Shown one piece after another: positions 12,236 to 24,999 of a stretch of 64,000 nucleotides of DNA. Position numbers and translations under genes: made by a program. Within the stretch, counting starts at the first letter, position 1. Every line of letters begins with the position of its first letter. The stretch comes from Curvularia clavata (taxonomy: Eukaryota), in contig CP089278.1 in the NCBI GenBank assembly GCA_023920165.1, positions 1-64,000 of the forward strand, read 5' to 3'. The notes below the pieces were generated by a model, which saw only the letters and a program-made list of their open reading frames with translations, made no database searches and had not been told where the DNA came from.

Positions 12236-13470
12236 ATGTCAGAGAGAGCCATGCCGAACCCAGGTAGTCGCCAAACTCGGAGCCGCCCAAGGTCAACTCG
12301 AAATACGGTAGTAGGGGACTTATAGCCTACTCTAACTAGAGACTTAATCTAGCTATCTTCAAGTGAACTATCCGAGCCTGCCGTCACGGAGGCAGATCAG
12401 GCCGAACTGGCACAGAGAAGCCCAATTTAGGGCAGCCCAGCTCGACTTGAACCACCTCAGACTACTATTGCTTAATAGCTAGACGAACTGCGCGCTTGGA
12501 GGCAACGAGCGCTTGACGAGCAAGAACTGAAACGTCTCTAGGAAATTAAGCGTCGGTTTGACCAAGGTGATATGACAGCACTGACAGAGGACCTATATGA
12601 ACTATACCGTGCGGTGGGGATACAACTAGAACTAAACGTGGGAGCTCCATGACTAGAAAAACCAACACAGTTCACAAGCCGCGATCGTGCCGAGTACAAT
12701 CGCTGGGAACGCGAATGTGAGGCAACGTTTAGGGGAAGCCCTAAAACGTTCCAAATAGAGGCAGTTAAGATCGATTTTGGGTTTAGGTATATCACTGACC
12801 CCCTACGCTCTATATGGGACGCCTATTATCACGACTACTGTAGAAAAGATACGAATTGGACACCCACGTGGCTAGACCTGAAGACTGTAATGGTGGATTC
12901 ACTGGGACCACCAGAATAGCGGAAGCTTGAAGCCCACCGAGCTCTCAAACACATCAGACAGGACTGGTCTCAGGACCCAAACGACCTGTTGGCCAAATTG
13001 GACACACTTTGGTCCGAATTGGGCAATTCCTACTCGGAAGAGCAGAGAGTGAGGGACTTTATGGGCGCTTTGACAATGACAATATAGAAAGAGTTGCTTT
13101 TACTCGAACTAGGTTAAAGAAGTATAATCTTAGACCTAAACGCGCGAGCGCGACTTATCTGGGATAGAACGAAAAGAGAGAAGCCTAGCAACGCTAGAAC
13201 AACGCAGAATAAGTAAGCTAGGAGCGGCACACCACCAAAGAACACAAGAGGGTACGAAAAAACTCTGAAAAAATAAAGACGGAATCCTGCGGATACAAAA
13301 GGTTCATACGCGGCAAACAAGGTTCGAGGACGCGACGCAGAGGGCAAAATTGTCTGTTATAACTGCGGGGAACCCGGACACATTAGTAGGAACTGTAGTA
13401 AGCACAAATAAAGCCAAGCGGCACCTGAGGAACCCAAACTGGAAAAAGGTAAGGGGCGGAGAATCTAGTA
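12236..13470 (+). pseudogene. gag: Gag with CCHC zinc knuckle
   Basis: ATG at 12236 is in frame with CYNCGEPGHISRNC at 13355; multiple TAG/TAA stops. Confidence 0.8.
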
Positions 13471-13515
13471 GCCCTACTCTCCGCCTATATTGCAAGGCTA
13501 GAGCTAGAAGAGGAC

Positions 13516-16500
13516 TTGAAGACACTTCGCGAAGCAATGTTTAGCAAACCTAGCCTACTATTGACCATAACGGTGCAAATTGGCCAAGATCCACTCGAAG
13601 CGCTGATAGATGGAGGGTCTCAACTAAATCTACTCTCAATCTACCAAGCCAAGGATCACGATTTAATAATAACTCCTATACCGAACTTAGTGGCAGAAGC
13701 CTTAAGCGGCGCGGAGTTTGAGATTTATGGTACTACAGAGGTGACTATGAAAGTTATAGATATAAGAGGGAGGACTAAAGTCTAGAATATACTTTTTGTG
13801 GTGATAGAAATGAAGTATTACCTAGTATGCTTAGGTATGCCCTGGGTCGACTTCTATAAGCCCAAAATAAGCCTCCGGTCGCGTTGAGTGCTATTTAGGG
13901 GCGTGAAATATGTAGATAGGGCTTTATATGAGAAAATCGCGATAGAAAGCGCCGAAGAGTTTGAGAAAACACTCCGAACGCCCACGACGGACGTTTACGC
14001 GCTTAAAGTGTCCACTGTGATGGGTTGGGACCTAAGCGACGAGGAAGAGGACTGGGAGGGGTTGGAGAAGCCTAAGAACGCCCAGGTTGGCCCTGATTAA
14101 GCCAAGTTGCCTTAGTTGCCACTATAGTACGAGGACTTTGCGGATTTGGCCTCGGAAGAGGATGCCAAGTGCCTTGCTGAGCATGGCCTGCACGATTTGG
14201 TGATAACCTTGAAAGAAGGCACCACGCCACCACATCAGCCGCTATATGGGCTCTCGAAGAGCGAGTTAGCGCTACTCCGGGATTACTTGCGTGAGTATCT
14301 CGCGAGAGGGTGGATTAGACATTCGAAGTCGCCAGCAGGCGCACTAATACTTTTCGCGAAGAAGAAAGACGGCACGATGAGGTTATGTGTGGACTATAGA
14401 GGTCTAAACAACATAACGCTCAAAAACTGTTACCTTTTACCCTTGATTATGGAGTCCTTGGATAGATTGGCTGAGGCAAAATTCTATACTAAGCTAGACG
14501 TCCGAGAAGCATATCATAGGGTGAGGATTAAGGAGGGAGACGAGTGGAAGATAGCCTTCCGCACTAGATACGGCCATTTCGAGTATACTGTGATGCCTTT
14601 TGGCCTTATAAACGCTCCTGTACAATTTCAGGCGTACATATACTATATCCTTGCAGGATTGGTAGATGTGAGTTGTATTGTGTATTTGGACGATATCCTG
14701 GTGTTCTCTAATATAGAAGAGGAGCACGAGAGACACGTGCGCGAAGTCTTAAACAGATTGCGCGAAGCCAAGCTGTATTTGAAGACTTCGAAGTGTGAAT
14801 GGCACACCCAACACACTGAGTTCCTTGGCTATACAGTTAGCCCCGAGGGTATAAGTATCGACCCAGATCGGGCCAAAACGGCCCAAGAATGGCCAGAACC
14901 GCGTACAGTGCGCGATGTCCGCGTGTTTCTAGGCTTCATGAACTACTATCGTCGATTCATTGCTAACTTCTCCAGAATCGCACTGCCTTTAACTGAGTTA
15001 CTGAAAAAGGAGCCGAACGCCGCCAAAGGGGGCAAAGCTCAGCGAAAAGAGGAAAGCGTACTGCTAATTCTAGACGAAAACGCCAAGAGCGCGTTTAAGA
15101 CGCTAAAAAACTCCTTTATGGCAGTACCTATCCTAACCCACTTTAATCCAGACAATCAGACTAGAGTACAGGTCGATGCGTCGGGAGGAGCGATTGCTGG
15201 CATCCTAAGCTAGTACGTGCCCAAAGAGGCTTGCTGGAGACCCGTAGACTTCTACTCGCGCAAATTAATCGCCGCGGAGTACAACTATGACACGCATGAC
15301 TAAGAGCTACTAGCTATCGTCGCTAGTCTCCAACACTGGCGAAGATATCTTGATGGGATACACTTTGATCTAATTACTGACTATCGAAACCTGAAGTGGT
15401 TCATGGAAACCAAAACACTGAATCACCGCCAGGTACGGTCTTACTTAGCCCTATCAGGTTTTGATTTCACAATTGTACACTAACCTAGGAAAACAAACCC
15501 CGCCGACAGCCTATCGCGCAGACCCGACTACATAAAAGCCGCCCAAGAGCCAAAGCAGAAGAATAATAGCGCATATGTGCCATCGCTACGCCATCTGCTC
15601 AAATTCAATGCCGAAGGGACTGCTATAGCTGCAGCTACCACCACACGATCACAAGGACGGCAGAATACAGTAGCGAAGCAACATGAAGACCAGAGGCATG
15701 CAGCATTGGCTCAAGAGGCCGACTCAGAGACGGACGAATACACTTCGGACTCATGTAGCTCAGAAGAAGACGACGTGGCCAAACCAAGTCCACAAAGGCT
15801 CAAACAGGGCCACTCTGGCCCAACCGTGCCCAAGACGGCACAGGAAAAAGTAGCAGCATTAAAACAAGGTCACGACGACCCGCTTTCTGGACATTTTGGC
15901 GCAAGACGCACATTAGAGAAACTAACGCGCCACTACAAGTGGGCTGGCATGAGGAAAGACGTGGAAGACTACTGCAAATCATGCCTTATCTGTCAAAAAT
16001 CTACCCCGAAACGGCACCTGCCATACGGGCCCCTTGCACCATTACCACCACCTAATAGAGCCTGGGAGGAAGTAACAATGGACTTTATAACTGAATTGCC
16101 ACCAAGCAAACTGCAAGGCGTAGTATACGACGCAATCCTCGTGATAGTCGACAGACTGACCAAAATGGCCCATTACGTGCCAGCACGGTCCAATTGGGAC
16201 GGAGTAGACCTAGCTCAGGCATGGTTGCGCGAAGTAATCCGTCTCCATGGCGTACCACGCCGAATCATATCAGATAGAGGCCCTTTAATGAACTCCACCC
16301 ATTGGAAGACCTTTCTTCACTACCTTAACTCGAAACGTGTACTTACTTCGGCATACCACCCACAAACAGATGGCCAGACTGAACGCTAAAATTAGACTCT
16401 AGAACAGTACCTCCGCTGCTACTGTTCCCTAGAGCAGGACGACTGGGCATTATGGATCTCAGTAGGGGAATACGCGTACAATGACAGTGTATATTCGACT

Positions 16501-17170
16501 ACCAAGGTCACCCCCTTCCAAGCATGCAACGGCATACACCCAAGAGGCGCAGAATGGCCCAAAGACGCCCAAACTGGGGGCGAAAACCCCCTAGCGGCAA
16601 GTACTGCCTCAAGAATAATCGAAATATAACAAGAGTGCAAGAACAATATTCTAAAAGCGCAAGAGTACCAAAAACGGCACGTAGATAAGAAAAGACAACC
16701 TATTCCTTTTAAGGTAGGGGATAAAGTACTGCTATCTAATAAGCATATTAAATCCCTGCGACTAAAGAAGAAGATCGACTGGAAATACGTTGGCCCAGGC
16801 ACAATAACTGAGCAAATCGGCCTATCAGCATTTAAAGTAGATATGCCTGGTCTAAAAAACGTACACCCAGTGTTCCATGCATCCTTACTAGAGCAGTATC
16901 ACCCCCTAGGTGATATACCATATCCTGAAGTCCCAACACAACATGAACTAGGCGAGATAGGCGACGATGTCTACCTCGTGGACAAAATAGTGGGATATAG
17001 GAAGAACAAGGACGATTAGTGGGAATACTTAGTGAAATGGACTGGATACCCCGACTCTGAAAATATATGGGAGCTAGCCGCTAATGTTACTCAGAAAACG
17101 CTTTAAGAGTTCTGGAACAAATCAAATTAGGTCCCTCGACGCAGACGCGGGCCAAAACGGGCCAAATAGG
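13516..17170 (+). pseudogene. pol: Pol polyprotein (PR, RT, RNase H, integrase, chromodomain), -1 frame relative to gag
   Basis: LEALIDGGSQ (protease); LCVDYRGLN, MPFGL, YLDDIL (RT); VDAS (RNase H); H..GHFG..CLIC and MDFI/ISDRG/HPQTDGQTER (integrase); YLVKWTGYPDSENIWE (chromodomain); premature stops. Confidence 0.93.
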
Positions 17171-17457
17171 GCCAATAGGAGCTAAATTAGTATATGTACC
17201 TTCACCTACTTTTTTCCCCAAAGGGTTTTATAGGTGTTTAACGGCATAAGCTGATTAGGGCAACCTGGCCCAAATTGGTCCATGTTGAACTGACATTGCA
17301 CAACAAAAACCAAGGAATGGAAAAGTAAAGAAAAGAGAATTTCAATTATCACCTCTATCCTAATGCCCTGGGTATCTCATATGAAAGGGAAGAAAACCAC
17401 TATAGCCTATACTGACCTAATTTGGGCCAAAACGGACAAAACTAGACCCAACCACCC

Positions 17458-18523
17458 TTAATCACCGGCAACTGCGGCCTCGTACTCCTTGTTAAGCCTT
17501 GCCTTGGCTTTTTCCAAGTTCTTGATGTCATTGGTGATCTTCCTCTTGGCTTGACCCTTAGCCCCCTCCTTCTCAGACATTTTTTGCAAAATCTCTTCAT
17601 TAATGTCATTGATGCGCTTCTGAAGCTTATCAGTGACATCCTCGGCAACCTTGACCTAAAGAACCAAGTTAGTCCAAATTGGGGCAATTTGGCGTAAATA
17701 GGGGGGAAAAGGATCACAAATCTCCTTCTTGCGTCTACCAGAGCCATACTTAGACTTCTTGACCCTTGCCTCGACTAAAGTTTCCACCTCGATCTCATGA
17801 GCCTTCCTCTTAACCTCTTCATCCTTCTTAGAGCGGCTAAGGGCAGAAGTCTTCACACCAGAGCGGGGATCATCTTCCTCCTCGATGGCACCAGAGGAAA
17901 GAGACAGATGAGTAGCATAAGGCTTAAACCTACATAAATTAGTCCAATTTGGGCTAGATTTAGGAAAATTGGATCACTTACTTCTTAAGTGACTCAATAA
18001 TAGGCTTACTAAATATACTAAGCCTAGTAACAGCCACCTCGTACATTTCCCTGCGCTCAGCACGAACTTCAGCCTCATTAGCACCCTCGGGGATATCTTT
18101 GTCAATAGCATAGAAGGCATCCTCAACCTTCCCAATAAGCTGGCCAAGTCTCACCCAGTCGGGGGAGAACTTATCAGGAGGAGGCACCTAACCACTCATT
18201 TAGCTCCAAATTAGACCAAATCAGAGCAAAACAGGGCAACTTACCGCAAAACAGACACGGTTGATATAAGAGCAGCGAAGACACTTCATCACCTGCCTAG
18301 GCATACCGCCAGACTCCAGTTCAACCTTGTAGCCAGACCAAGCCTCAGCTACCTCAGAATTATCGATGTCCAACATAACGCAACCCGCTCTGCCAAAAGT
18401 AACGGGCTCATTATCCCTAAAGGCGTTCAGACAGCACACACAAGCGTAGTAAGACCTCTGGCCCTTGCGTACGAACAGGTTTGACACCGTACTGCGGTTA
18501 ACGGATCCAAGTACGTTCGTCAT
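17458..18523 (-). CDS. Spliced antisense accessory gene of the retrotransposon; about 296 aa, six-Cys Zn2Cys6-like N-terminus and charged helical C-terminus
   Basis: Exons 18523-18245, 18187-17982, 17929-17722, 17655-17458. Introns 1 and 2 have GTAAG donors, CTAA branch sites and TAG acceptors and join in frame. Intron 3 has a GACTAAC branch site and TAG acceptor, but its donor reads ATTTGT (probably mutated). No other stops. Confidence 0.75.
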
Positions 18524-19116
18524 GGTTCAAGTGGGTCTTGAAGGCCCCAATTTAGGGGTGTTTGGGACGAATCGGTCGAATCTGTCGCGAAATAGATCGT
18601 ATAGGAGGAAACAGCCTAAAAAGAACAGTCAGCAGAAAACTCCAAGTCCAGGGGAAGAACCTCAGAAAAAGGCAACAAAACCAAGGTCGACTGCAAACTA
18701 GCCCAAATTGGGCCAAACTGTTGCAAACAGACCGTGGGTGGAAGGTGTCGGGCCCAAACTGAGAAGACCCACAAAATAGGAGTCTACTTACCAAAGTGGG
18801 GTTAGTGGACTGTAGGGTGTACTGGGCTTAGTCAAAAACTGGCTATTGTATCCCTAGATCCGCACTAAATTAGCGCGTCACGTGACTCTTGGCGCTACCC
18901 AGGAGTACCCCGATGGGCCGGGTTGGCCCAAAGTGGGGCAGTCGGCTAGGCAGCAGCGCAAAACTCCGCTATTATGACGTCATAGCCCTGGGGCGGTAAG
19001 TAAGTAAAATACACCCTCCAACCCACACGGCGGCATCACCCAGTAATCGCTCAAACTAGGCGGCAAGCATGATAAGTTGCGCAGCTGGGACAGCTGCACC
19101 CTAAGAAGGGAGGTAT

Positions 19117-19325
19117 TGTCAGGACCTGGTCCAAATTGGGACATGTTAGTCCAATTCCCTCCTTCTTCACGCTAGTTAGTCAGCTAGGGCTTACCTAAGG
19201 CTATAAAGCCTCCACGATCGCTAGAGGTGCTCGATAGCGATTCGTCTCGTGAATACATGGCTGTTAAAGCATAGTTCTCTCTCATCTATCTCGTGCTGTA
19301 CCTTCACGCCACTAACAGTCTAACA
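19117..19325 (+). repeat. 3' LTR
   Basis: Direct repeat of 11995-12203, followed by TSD GCTAA. Confidence 0.95.
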
Positions 19326-20186
19326 GCTAATGCAAACTCGTCCGAAGGCCTCTTCGCCCATAACAGACCATAACGAGAGTAAATAATGAAATATATCTAT
19401 CCTTATATCCTTATTGCTTCTAGTCCTGTCCTCTAGCTAAGCTGTTGGTATCTCAGATGTCGCTGGTATCTGGAGATGTCTGGTCTTGGCGAGATGCCAA
19501 TCACGTGATCTTCGTCCCGCGATGATCATCCTACCCGTGGGGATCTCTAGTGGTTTCCCAACCGTTCATCGTCATATCTAGGGAGAGGATCCTTCGTACT
19601 GTTACTTGCAACAAGATAGTATATACTAGATAGTAACTTAGGCAAGTTTAATACTATATTAGACTTATACTTAGAACTTAAGTTAAAAAAGAGCTTAATG
19701 CCTAATGCTATAACGTAAAGTATTACCGACCCAGACATACCACCGAGCCGGACACTTTTTCTTAGCATTGCGAACTTCATGTACAAAACATTATGTAACA
19801 CAAACACTACCCCTTATCCGCTCTAGATCGGGCCCTTTCCGTGGTGTCCTCTCGTCTAGGTCACAAAAGCTTTTTTGAGTACAATACTCCGATGTGTTCT
19901 ACCATCGCAATTAAGCTGCTCTTCTCTCCTGTCTTGGTTGCTCGCCCTGGCCGTTCCTGCCATACGCTAGTCCGGTATGGTGGGTTAGCGAAGCAGTAAA
20001 CGTTCGATGATGACATTAGGCCCCCTCACAGCTCCTTCGCGCTGCGCCATCGCGCGCAGAAATCACGCAGGTCTAATTCTTCCTTGTCCGCGCTGCAAGA
20101 CTTAAAATACGTCAAGCTTAACTTTCTTCTGCTTCTCGCAGACCTCTCTTTCCCAACGTCCTCTGTAGTGCTTGGATTAGATCAAC

Positions 20187-21386
20187 ATGGTCAACTTTCG
20201 CACCCTCACTTCCTTCGCATACATGGCGCAATGCGGCATACTAGGCACGAACGCATACGACGGCAGTTCCCGGCTTCTGGACATCGTCCCAAAGCGCGAG
20301 GTTCTTTACGTTGGTGGGCGTTATACGAACATTACGGTAAGTCTCGAACCGATAAATCCGTATATATCTGAGACTGCGCTATAGGACAGTATTACCAATG
20401 TCACCTCTATGGCGATGGTAGGGCAAATTTACGTGGAAAAGCTTTCGCCACACCCAGCGCCAAGGAACCAACCACTACCTATCATCTTTATTGCAGGCGC
20501 AGCTCAAACGGGGACCAATTTCCTTGAGACACCTGATGGTAGGCCAGGATGGGCTTCATATTTCATCGACAAAGGCCATACAGTTTACCTCTCAGATCAA
20601 CCAGCACGTGGCCGCTCTTTCTGGTTTCCAGGACAAGGAAACGTCGGGACACTCGGGCCACCCAATGCCGTGTCTGACCTCTTCACAGACGTCGCAAACA
20701 ATGGCAACCAATGGCCGCAGGCGAAGCTTCACACTCAATGGCCTGGGACTGGTCGCATGGGAGATCAGACGTTCGACGCTTTCTACAGAAGCCAGATGCA
20801 GTTCCAGATTGACCCATTCATAGGCGAGGAACAAAATGCACAAGCATACTCGGCTCTGGTGGATATCGTAGGACCGTGCTACATTATCACTCACTCACAG
20901 GCTGGCGCATACGGCTGGAGAGTCGGAGACATGCGCTCAGACCTCGTCAAGGGGCTTGTCCAGCTCGAGCCGTCTGGCCCTCCGTTCACGTTCCGTCCAC
21001 CTATTGGAACTGGCCCAGCGCTCGCTTTTGGCCTCACTGATCTAGCAATTCAATACAACCCATCTGCAGGCAAAGATGCGAAAGATATTAAGACAGTTAT
21101 CGAGCCAGCAATCGACGCCAATCATTACGAATGCATTATGCAAAGTGCCCCAGCTAAGCAATTAACTAACTTAGCTAAGATTCCTGAGCTTATCGTCACT
21201 GGCGAAGCTTCCTTCCATGCGCCAACCGACTACTGTACTGTCAAGTATCTTAGGCAGGTTGGAGTAGATGTAGAGTTTGCGGATCTTGGCAAAGAAGGCA
21301 TTCATGGTAACGGGCACATGTTATTTATGGAGAAGAACAACCTCGAGATCGCAGACCGGGTATACAAGTGGCTGAAGAAGCACTGA
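20187..21386 (+). CDS. Alpha/beta-fold hydrolase, possibly secreted
   Basis: Exon 1 joined in frame through intron 20337-20384 (GTAAGT..TAG). TPDGRPGWA, DQPARGRS, nucleophile elbow THSQAG, C-terminal GNGHM. Confidence 0.85.
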
Positions 21387-22401
21387 GCAAAATCCGCGAA
21401 ACAATCAATGCTTTTGCTGCCTTGTTCCACAATATCTTCCCTCCGATAAAGGCATTAGCTCCTACCCTTTCATTCTCGTGATGTTCCCGTGCCATGACGC
21501 CATGATACAAGCTAGTCGGATTGACCCTACGCAAGCAAAAAGCAAGGATTTTCGCGCATCCATAGTCCCGTCAACTTATTAGCCACGTTTCGCGGTCCGC
21601 CTGACGTAATCCCGTCATACCTATACTTCATCCCGCTTCGCAAGGGAATTGCCGCATTCAGCGTATTGCATCCAAGCCGCGAAAGGGTCGTGTAAAGCTG
21701 AGCCGCAGTATCCCAGCATATTTATCGTAGTGTTATGCGCAGAGACTATCATCGCATCTATATTCGATACAAGTGATTGATGTGCGCGCCTCTAAGTACT
21801 AATCGGTCAATATCTGGATCAGGCAGCTACCAATCTAGTAAAAGAGCAAACTCAGACGACTTAAGCAGCTCCTTCTCTTTCAGAGCCTCTATACATTCGG
21901 ACTCAGATTCGGAAGCAGGCTTCTCTCTATCGAAGAGCAGGCGGTCCAAATGCTTGAGGGGAGATACTTCGACGTGTGGGTCATGAAGGCCTCTTTAACT
22001 AGATTTTGAACCTACATTCACACGAGGTGCCTGTTTATCAAGTGGTACCTCTATTCACCTTACAATGCTGGATGTATGTGACATCAATAGCGAGTTATGG
22101 TTAACCAATCGAACTTAGCAGTAACTGCGGATTAATCTTACCCATTCACTTAACAAGGAACTAGATTACGCTATTCTTGTTCCGTAATATTTGCCGTTGA
22201 ATTGAATCTTAACTACTTGATTGCCTGGTCACAGGATATCATACACCTAGAGTCTTAGAAGGTTATGCCATTTAATTTGAACAAATCCAAATCTCCCCAG
22301 ACGTCTACGTTTGTCATCAACAAGCCAAAATTAGGCTCTATAGTTTGATCACCATTCCTAGCCAACAAAATTAGTAAGGTAAAGTTTATCTAAGGTCTCA
22401 C

Positions 22402-24410
22402 TTACATCATCCTGATATCTTCGAGGATTTCTTTTAGACATTCGTCCGCATAGCTCTGTATCTTTCCCGGGTGTTCTTGTAGGACATGCCGCATGCTCTC
22501 CGCCTTTTCTTGTAGATCTGTAGACGATGGATTTTTCAAGATTCTCATGAAAAGAATCAGCGAAGTTGAGAGTATGTGATGTATGTCAAACCAGAATGTA
22601 TCTACCAGCAGACCCTTTGACTGCATCTCAATGATTATCTCGATAGATTGATCGCTGTTTTCATTGCAAATGTCAACATGTCTACTCGCTTTCCCACAAG
22701 ATAACGTGTAGTCCAGAAGAAACGGTCGAGTAATCAGCGCTAAGACGTAATGGTATCTGACACGAAGATAGAGGGTCGTGCGTGAGACGGAGGCTGGCGG
22801 CGTTGACCGAGTTAAATGATCGGGAAGCCCAGCCCACTAGGTATTCATATCGTGGAGGAGGGTATCCACTTCCTCTACCCTATAGGTCTTCTGCAAGAAA
22901 ATGTAATTGATGGCTTTCGAAAGAAATTGCGCTAGGCGTGCCGAGGCTGCTGCGTACATGGGCGGAGTCGTAATGCCTGTGGTGAAGTTCTGTATTGCAT
23001 AAGTCGATTGGAACTTGAGACTTCTGTTCATGAACACTGTCTTACATCGCAAGGTTCTGGAGCAGTCCTGATATCAATAGACATCTCTGGAGACTGCCCC
23101 AGAATGGTCGAGGTCCACTGATCCAGCTCGTACAAAGACCACCATAACCTTGTCTTTTGCTCCGCCATTATTAAGCTGTCTTCTTCCAATCTCAAGTGCA
23201 AGCCAAGTGACTGCATCAGCCTAATTGCATTACCGAGCATCACCCAACCTAGGTGGCGCTGATTCCGGTTCAGTCGGTAAAGACACTATGTAGAGAAATC
23301 AATGACACTATTGCACTTAGGTCAACACACCTACTTACCATAAGCATCATGGCCTGGATGCTATGTAGACTTCCCTCCTCAAGAACAGTTTCCATCTGCA
23401 AACGTGCCCTCTGGAAACTATCCGATGAGTTGCTCATCAGAGCCACAATCAAATGAATTATAACTTGGGTTGATGCTGTGGTACTCTCATCCCTGTAGGC
23501 AGTTTCGAGAGCGTTGAAGAACTGTTCGGGACTGAGAATATAGACTACACTGTTGATTTGACTTAAAAATGCAACGCCACACTGCTCACATAATCTTCTC
23601 GGTGGAAGCGCAGTAACTGGGACCGCTGGAATCGGCTGACCGTCCCTCAAGTCGACGTTGTTCTCCCTTTGTAGCAATACAAGACGCCAGAATTTGTCGG
23701 GGATTTGTGAGCACACTCTAGACTTTAGTACTGAGAAGCTTGAAGCACCATCAAAACCTAGACTACATTTAGTATGAATGGAGCAAGGCAGTTTTCACAG
23801 ACGGGGGCCCTCTTACGTTGTTGAAGTGTCGCGTCAGGTAGGAATTCACCCGCTAGACTGCAACCGGATACTGGCGTGCACTCATCTATAATGGAGCTTT
23901 CGTTATCTGCTTGCGTGCATTCTTCAATACCCAGATCTGATCTTGTTGGTACATAAAGCTGCAATGGAGGATTGGGGGTTGGTATGATTATGCTAGGCCA
24001 GGATGTTGACCGTTGAGGCGACGGCTCTTGTCTCGAGTTTGGAAATGACAACTCGTTTGTAGTAACATTTAGCCCAGAGACGTACTTTCTGAGATCTTCT
24101 ACGTTGAGTGAAGTTTCAGGCGTGAAATGACGAACAATCGTGGCCATGAGCTCAAATCGTTCTTTGGAGGTGTGGTAAAATGGCCGGGCAACAACCTCAT
24201 CAGTCACCACACATTCCAGGCCAATTCGTTCGCACCTCCGGCAATCCCTCCGGGATGATTTATCACACTGGCAGTCCACGAGAAAAAAACGTCAGTACAC
24301 TGAATGAGCGAGCTAGAAGAATTGATGGGGCTAGAGCTTACCCTAATCTTGCGACGTCGACAGTTTACGCAACTTGAGGGCAGTCGGCGTGGTCTGATAT
24401 CGGTGCCCAT
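22402..24410 (-). pseudogene. Zn2Cys6 transcription factor with fungal TF middle domain; one premature stop
   Basis: CVNCRRRKIR-intron-CDKSSRRDCRRCERIGLEC; AIRLMQSLGLH...RLWWSLYELD. In-frame TAG at 22839-22837 within an otherwise continuous frame. Confidence 0.75.
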
Positions 24411-24999
24411 ACTGAATGTGGATGCTATACAGCAACTTACAATGAAACGTGATAACCGCCTCTTTTGTTATTGAGAAACAAAGAAATGATGTGCGGGTGT
24501 CCTGGAGAAAAGAGGGGCCGTGCCCTGAGCTCCAGGATTCCCCGCTCCGGTAAGCTTGGTGGAGATGCGGGGAAAGAAATGAGTGTTTAGGCTGAACTTT
24601 CTGATAAGCTATTCGACAAGGTTTTGACCCACTCGTAGTTCCGAGCCATCCGCCAACACTAAACTAAGTAATAAAAATGCGCGATATCGTCTTGATGTTG
24701 GCGTTTTAGTGTCACGATACGGGCTCATAGGCGGAAAGGCCAGGCGCGAATATAGATCTTATCACTACGGAGTGATAGACGGACTCTTAGTACAGGTAGT
24801 GTAGAGTAGTAGACAGTACATAGCTTAAAGAGCTACACCAGCGTTGTTGAGGTAGTTTTACAGAATCCAGGTGCTCAGGCCCGCACCTGGCCTCTACGCT
24901 CAGCCAATTTGGTGACTGCGCGCCAGCTGTCCTAGCCAGCGCCGTAACTGGTATCGCGATCTATCTGAAGCTAACTAAAGCTATAGATGAAATAAAGTA

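Larger units (their letters stand above)
11995..19325 (+). mobile_element. Full-length Ty3/Gypsy chromovirus LTR retrotransposon, RIP-mutated
   Basis: 209-bp LTRs (11995-12203, 19117-19325; TG..CA), TSD GCTAA, domain order gag-PR-RT-RH-IN-chromodomain, polypurine tract AAGAAGGGAGG before the 3' LTR. Confidence 0.97.
11821..19365 (+). mobile_element. Solo LTR (about 210 bp) split by the Gypsy insertion
   Basis: TGTAATG at 11821 and CCATAACA ending at 19365; TSD GACCA (11816-11820, 19366-19370); similar to the intact solo LTR at 34281-34515. Confidence 0.82.
11594..19613. mobile_element. Solo LTR (about 470 bp) split by nested insertions
   Basis: TGTTAC at 11594 and GCAACA at 19613; TSD AGATA (11589-11593, 19614-19618). 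Own sequence is 11594-11820 plus 19371-19613. Confidence 0.7.

Noticed and set aside
11014..19613. Giant TIR transposon bounded by long inverted repeats
   Set aside because: Better explained as two related LTRs in opposite orientation; the right one has its own TSD (AGATA).
11009..19784. TGTAC as the TSD of an outermost LTR
   Set aside because: An alternative end (ATGTAACA at 19800) fits the family better; ambiguous, so not called.
21560..21990. Possible minus-strand gene relic
   Set aside because: Coding-like but interrupted, with no recognisable motif.
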